A stretch of 63,898 nt of DNA, the filler included, from Psammoneis japonica (taxonomy: Eukaryota): assembly GCA_008632985.1 (NCBI GenBank). It is 4 parts of 4 records of this genome, joined end to end, with 100 filler letters (N's around TTAATTAATTAA, not from the genome) between each part and the next. Parts side by side here need not be neighbours in the genome. Positions count along the whole stretch, not along the records: positions 56,483 to 63,898 come from QPGO01000570.1; 3 more parts are not named here. One strand, 5' to 3'. Under the pieces are notes generated by a model. It was not told where the DNA came from, did no database searches, and was given only the letters and a program-made list of their open reading frames with translations. A program made the translations under genes and the position numbers. This document shows positions 59,401 through 63,898 of this stretch, in pieces (within the stretch, counting starts at the first letter, position 1; each line of letters opens with the position of its first letter).

Positions 59401-61633
59401 CATTGGACGTGCCTTCCTCATGCAGCCACAAGAGGACGGACAACGCCACAGAGCTCGCATCGTCAAGGCCGTCGAAGACCACGAATGGAAAGTGAACGGC
59501 AATCCCGAGCTCACTAAGTTCGTCTGCTCTGTCAACAATGACGAATGCGAGGAAGTCCTTGCCTGCAATGACATCATGAATCACATTGAGCAAGAAGACG
59601 AAGACACCACTGTTTGGAAATTTCGACGCATCGTGTCACACGAAGGACCTCTGAAGCCTCACGACCCAACCTGGAAAGGCTCCAGCTACAACATCATGCT
59701 TGAATGGGAAAGTGGGGAGATCACGTCCGAGCCTCTTGCCATCATCGCCAAGGACGACCCCGTCACCTGTGCCATCTATGCACGAGAGAACGGACTCCTC
59801 GACACGGATGGCTGGAAGCGGTTCCGCACCATCGCGAGGCGCCAAAAGAAGCTGTTTCGCATGGCCAACCAAGCCAAGCTTCGCTCCTTCCGCACTGCAC
59901 CCCGCTGCAAGTGTGGATGCGAAGTTCCCCGGAACTGCAAACACGCCATGTCACTAGACGAACGCAACGGCAACCGCAAGTGGGGAGACGCAACTAATCT
60001 CGAGATGGACCAACTCGACGAATACGAAGTCTTCCATGACTGCGGGCCCTTCAAGTCTTCCACTCCTCCTGCGGGACACAAGAAGATCCGAGTGCACCTG
60101 TGTGCGACGTGAAACACGACGGTCGCCACAAGGCACGACTCGTAGCCGACGGGCACCTCACGGACGCACCTGTCGACAGTGTCTGCTCCGGAGCAGTCTC
60201 CCTCCGTGGCCTTCGGCTGATGATTTTCCTGGCCGAACTCAACGAGTTGGAGACATGGGCCACCGACATTGGCAATGCCTGCCTTGAAGCCACCACCAAG
60301 GAGAAGCTTTACATTGCAGCTGGACCCGAGTTCGGCAAACTCGAAGGACACATCCTTGTCATCCACAAGGCACTGCATGGACTGCGCAGCTCCGGTCTCC
60401 GCTGGCACGAGCGCTTCGCCGACTGCCTGCGAGCTGAAGGCTTCTTCCCCTGCCGCGCCGAACCCGACATTTGGATGCGCAGGAACGGCGACCACTGTGA
60501 ATGCATTGCCGTTTATGTGGATGACCTCGCCATTGCCATGAAGGACCCTCAATCTTTCGTCGACACTCTCACGGAAAAGCACAAGTTCAAGCTCAAGGGT
60601 GCGGGACCCATTGAGTTCCATCTGGGTTGCGACTTTTCCCGGGAACCCGACGGAACCTTGTGCCTGTCTCCGCGCAAGTACATCGAGCGCATGGTCGACA
60701 GCCATGCCCGACTGTTTGGGGAGAAACCTGCCACCAACGCCCTGTCACCTCTAGAGAAGGGTGACCACCCCGAACTGGACACTTCCGAACTGCTGGGACC
60801 CGATGGCATTCACAAGTTCCAGTCTCTTGTTGGTTCACTCCAATGGGCAGTGTCCCTTGGTCGAATTGACATCACCACGGCCGTCATGTCACTCTCTAGC
60901 TTCCGAGCTGCGCCCCGTCAAGGCCACTTGGATCGTGCCAAACGCGTCTGTGGGCACCTCTCCAAGATGCGACACGGTGCTCTCCGCGTTCAGACGGAAG
61001 AGCCCGACCATTCGGATCTCCCTGCTCCGGCCTGTGAATGGATGCATTCCGTGTGTGGTGAAGCAGAAGAGATGATCCCGAAGGACGCTCCACCGCCCCT
61101 TGGCAAGTTCGTCACTGCCACCCACTACGTCGATGCAAACTTGTGCCATTGCATGCTCACCGGACGCTCTGTCATGGGAATGCTCCACTTCCTCAACAAA
61201 TTCCCGGCTGATTGGTTCTCTAAGAAACAAGCCACCGTGGAGACTGCGACCTGCGGGTCTGAATTTGTTGCCGCAAGGACTTGTGTTGAGCAGATTGTCG
61301 ACCTGCGCATCACCCTGCGCCACCTTGGCGTCCCGATCCGCAACGTTAGTTGCATGTTCGGTGACAACAAGTCGGTTGTAGACAGTGCCACCATCCCGCA
61401 CTCCAAGTTACACAAGCGACACACCGCACTGTCGTTCCACCGTGTGCGTGAGGCAATTGCCTCTGGTCACCTTGAGTTCCACTTCATCGAAGGCTCCCGC
61501 AACCCTGCTGACATTCTCAGCAAGCATTGGGGTTGCTCCCAAATCTGGGACCTTCTCCGCCCCCTCATGTTCTGGAACTTCATTCCATCCGAAGTCGAAT
61601 CTGTTTCTGTGGCTCCTCAAGCAAACTGGGGAG
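56483..61633 (+). mobile_element. Near-complete Ty1/Copia (CoDi-type) gag-pol: gag, protease, integrase, chromo-like domain, RT, RNase H; several frameshifts
   Basis: ALVDRGANGG (protease), VATDTV/LISDRAQ/EPHQQHQNFAE (integrase), DVKHDGRHKARLVADGH, DIGNA.LEA, AVYVDD (RT), VDAN..H, GSEFVAA and FGDNKSVV..NPADILSK (RNase H); frame changes near 56750, 57050, 57560 and 60100; polypurine-like GGGGAG ending at 61633. Confidence 0.95.
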
Positions 61634-61842
61634 TGACAGGATTTGAACAGGATTTGGGTGCGCGCGAAGCATCGCGCGCTGTTTAGTTTACCGTGCACAG
61701 TTTTGTGTGCTTTAGTTCCGCGCGTTCACGCGCGATGTAGTTTGCTTTCGAGCCACAAGGCTCACAAGAACAACAACAGCAGCCCGATTGCACCGACTTG
61801 CACGTCTTTCGGCTCCTGCAACGGTCTCTGAGCGGAGACTCA
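61634..61842 (+). repeat. Probable 3' LTR of the Copia element (~209 bp)
   Basis: Starts TGACA directly after GGGGAG; candidate end ...GAGACTCA, where CpG-rich sequence gives way to CpG-poor flank. The 5' LTR is not in the contig, so the end is unconfirmed. Confidence 0.6.
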
Positions 61843-63106
61843 TCTGCCATTTAGACAGCAGCAAGGAGCCATTGTTTGAATTCTTGCCATTTGCCTTCAA
61901 TTTCCATCACAAAGCATGACAAGATGCTTTGTTTGAGCTGGCTGATGACAACAGCAGCACAGCACTCAACCCCACCAAACTGGATCTCACATCCACACAA
62001 TGCAAGAAGAAACAGCCACATGTGGCTGCCATCTGCAAGATGCCTGACACACGTGAGCTTCTCCAAGCAGAAGCTTGTGAGTGGTGCATGCCAGCATTGT
62101 GCCCAGACAATTGGCCGACAATGCGCAGCCACCATCCTGCTCTGGATGTGCAGGGAAAGGCCAGGACTCCAGGACAAAGTGCTCAAGAAGCCTCAAATGA
62201 GGGCACAACAACCACAAAGAAGACAAGCTGGTGCTCTGTCCCAGGCAGGATGTCAGAGCTGATCAAATGGCAAGCCCAGTGTGCCCAGGTTTTCACTCCA
62301 ACATGCTGAGGCAAACCCACGACACAACAGAGCCATGGCTTCATGGGCCGCTTTTTGGATTTTGCCAATGTCAACCTGATGGCAAGCATGGTTGTAGCTG
62401 CCACCACCACAAAAAAAGCATTTTTTGTGCAGTGCTGTTCTCAATCACATCTGAGTGCAGAAAATGGCGTGCTGCAGTGCAGGTGGATTTTCAAAAACTG
62501 CGAGTGTGAAGAGGCACAATTGTGCCACAAATTTTGTGATTGGTTTGGGGCGGTGTCAAAGACAAACATGTTTGCTGCCCAGCACCAAATTGTTGAGCTC
62601 ACTTGCAAATTTCTGCTGGCCCATGTCACATGGTGTCTCACCCAGTGTCTAAAAACCCTCAGTTGTGTGGTGTGGATGACCTGCAGAAAAGAAAAAAACA
62701 TGGAGCAACAACATTTCCAGCTGTCCAGCACATGCCACAGGCTCAGGACCACCCTCGAACATTCCACACAGCATCTTGACCTTGACAGCTTGCTTCTTGG
62801 CAGTGGAGGACAGTGAGGAGATTGCCAAATGTGATGCTGCTGACACAATTGAGCAGCTGCATGGTGCCGTCAATGCCCGTGAGAACCAGCCGGACAGCAA
62901 GATGTTGTGTGAGCATGAGCTTGAATGGCCACAGAAGGGTGGCTCCAGCTGGTGCTGGTTGCAGTGGAGTCATCACACAAAATTTTTGAATCTTGGGCTG
63001 GATGGCCTGTGCAAGCCAAAAAACATGTCATTTTGTGCCTCTCTTTTCCCCTGTGGTTTTTGGAGACAAGGGTCACCAGCAGAGTGGGTGTTTGTGCACG
63101 CTTCAG

Positions 63107-63110
<4 letters not shown>

Positions 63111-63142
<32 letters not shown>

Positions 63143-63292
63143 GTTTCATCTTGCTTTTGTCCACAGCATGCACTGAGCAGCAGTGCCTTGCTGATGTGAT
63201 CAAAACAAATGCTGCCATTTTCAGGTGCTTTTGTCCACAGCATGCACTGGGCAGCAGTGCCCCGCTGATGTGATCAAAACAAATGCTGCCAC
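63111..63292. repeat. (GA)n microsatellite followed by a ~62-bp direct repeat, within decayed repeat DNA
   Basis: AGAGAG tract at ~63111-63139; TTTTGTCCACAGCATGCACTG.GCAGCAGTGCC..GCTGATGTGATCAAAACAAATGCTGCCA at ~63155 and ~63229. Confidence 0.85.
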
Positions 63293-63898
63293 AGCATTGT
63301 CTCAGCTGTTTGGCACCCCAGAGTGTGCAGTCATTTTTGAAGAAGCAGTTGACAGGTCTGCGCTGACAAGTCTCCTTGACAGCACACAAAGCACCACTCA
63401 GGAATTTCTTCTTCTTTTTCTGCAGCAAATCGTGCTAAATTTGGCCGTTTTACCACTTGTTGGCTTGGTTTGGCAGCTTCAAAAATTCTCATTGCCTGGC
63501 ACTTTTGCTGTTTGTCAATTTGGGTGTCAAGCACTGGCGGCGCTTTCACCCTGCTTTCATTTGTTGACCTGCCCCATTCAGCCCACAGCAAGAAAGAAAA
63601 ATTCCATGCTTGCATCTTGGACAGATGTCAGTTGTGCCCCCCCCACAAACTTTGGCCAAACCAGAGGCATCACACCACATGATGTGCAAAGGGCCGGGGT
63701 GTCTGGCTGCAGGCATTGTGGGGGCAAAGTTCTCAGCAACACAAGCAAATGACTTTTGTTGATCTCAGGAGGAACAGCAGCAGATTTTGAGCCATCTTTT
63801 GCCAAATCTCTTTCTTGGAGTGTGCCTGCACTGCTTTTTTGCAATGCAGATCAGGAGAATGTGCGGGGCCATTCACAAAAGTGCCGCTTGATGCACCC

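Noticed and set aside
56483..61686. Alternative genetic code (Cys/His codons read as Tyr) to explain the missing Tyr
   Set aside because: Host genes in the same window use TAT/TAC normally and keep catalytic Cys/His, and non-coding repeats show the same TpA loss.

Overview
Eukaryotic nuclear DNA, most likely from a raphid pennate diatom (judged from the 18S sequence and the diatom-type retroelements). The window is four separate contigs (1-20033, 20134-38202, 38303-56382, 56483-63898) joined by artificial 100-nt N/TTAATTAATTAA/N linkers. It holds two sharply separated compartments. (1) Ordinary DNA: a sulfotransferase, an asparagine-synthetase-like::arylamine N-acetyltransferase fusion, a glycosyltransferase::GTP cyclohydrolase II fusion, a small tail-anchored protein, a nuclease-kinase protein, and one full 18S-5.8S-28S rDNA unit with a 102-nt spliceosomal-type intron in the peptidyl-transferase centre of 28S. 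(2) Repeat DNA: Copia, Gypsy, LINE and Plavaka-like relics, a nested TRIM and a 23-nt satellite. The strongest signal is that the repeat compartment has almost no TpA dinucleotides. TpA has been converted to TpG/CpA on both strands, so conserved Tyr codons of transposon proteins now read Cys or His, and TAA/TAG stops have largely disappeared. This looks like repeat-targeted A:T->G:C hypermutation, the mirror image of fungal RIP, and is my best candidate for an undescribed system. All counts and alignments were done by eye, and family assignments rest on remembered motifs, not on database searches.
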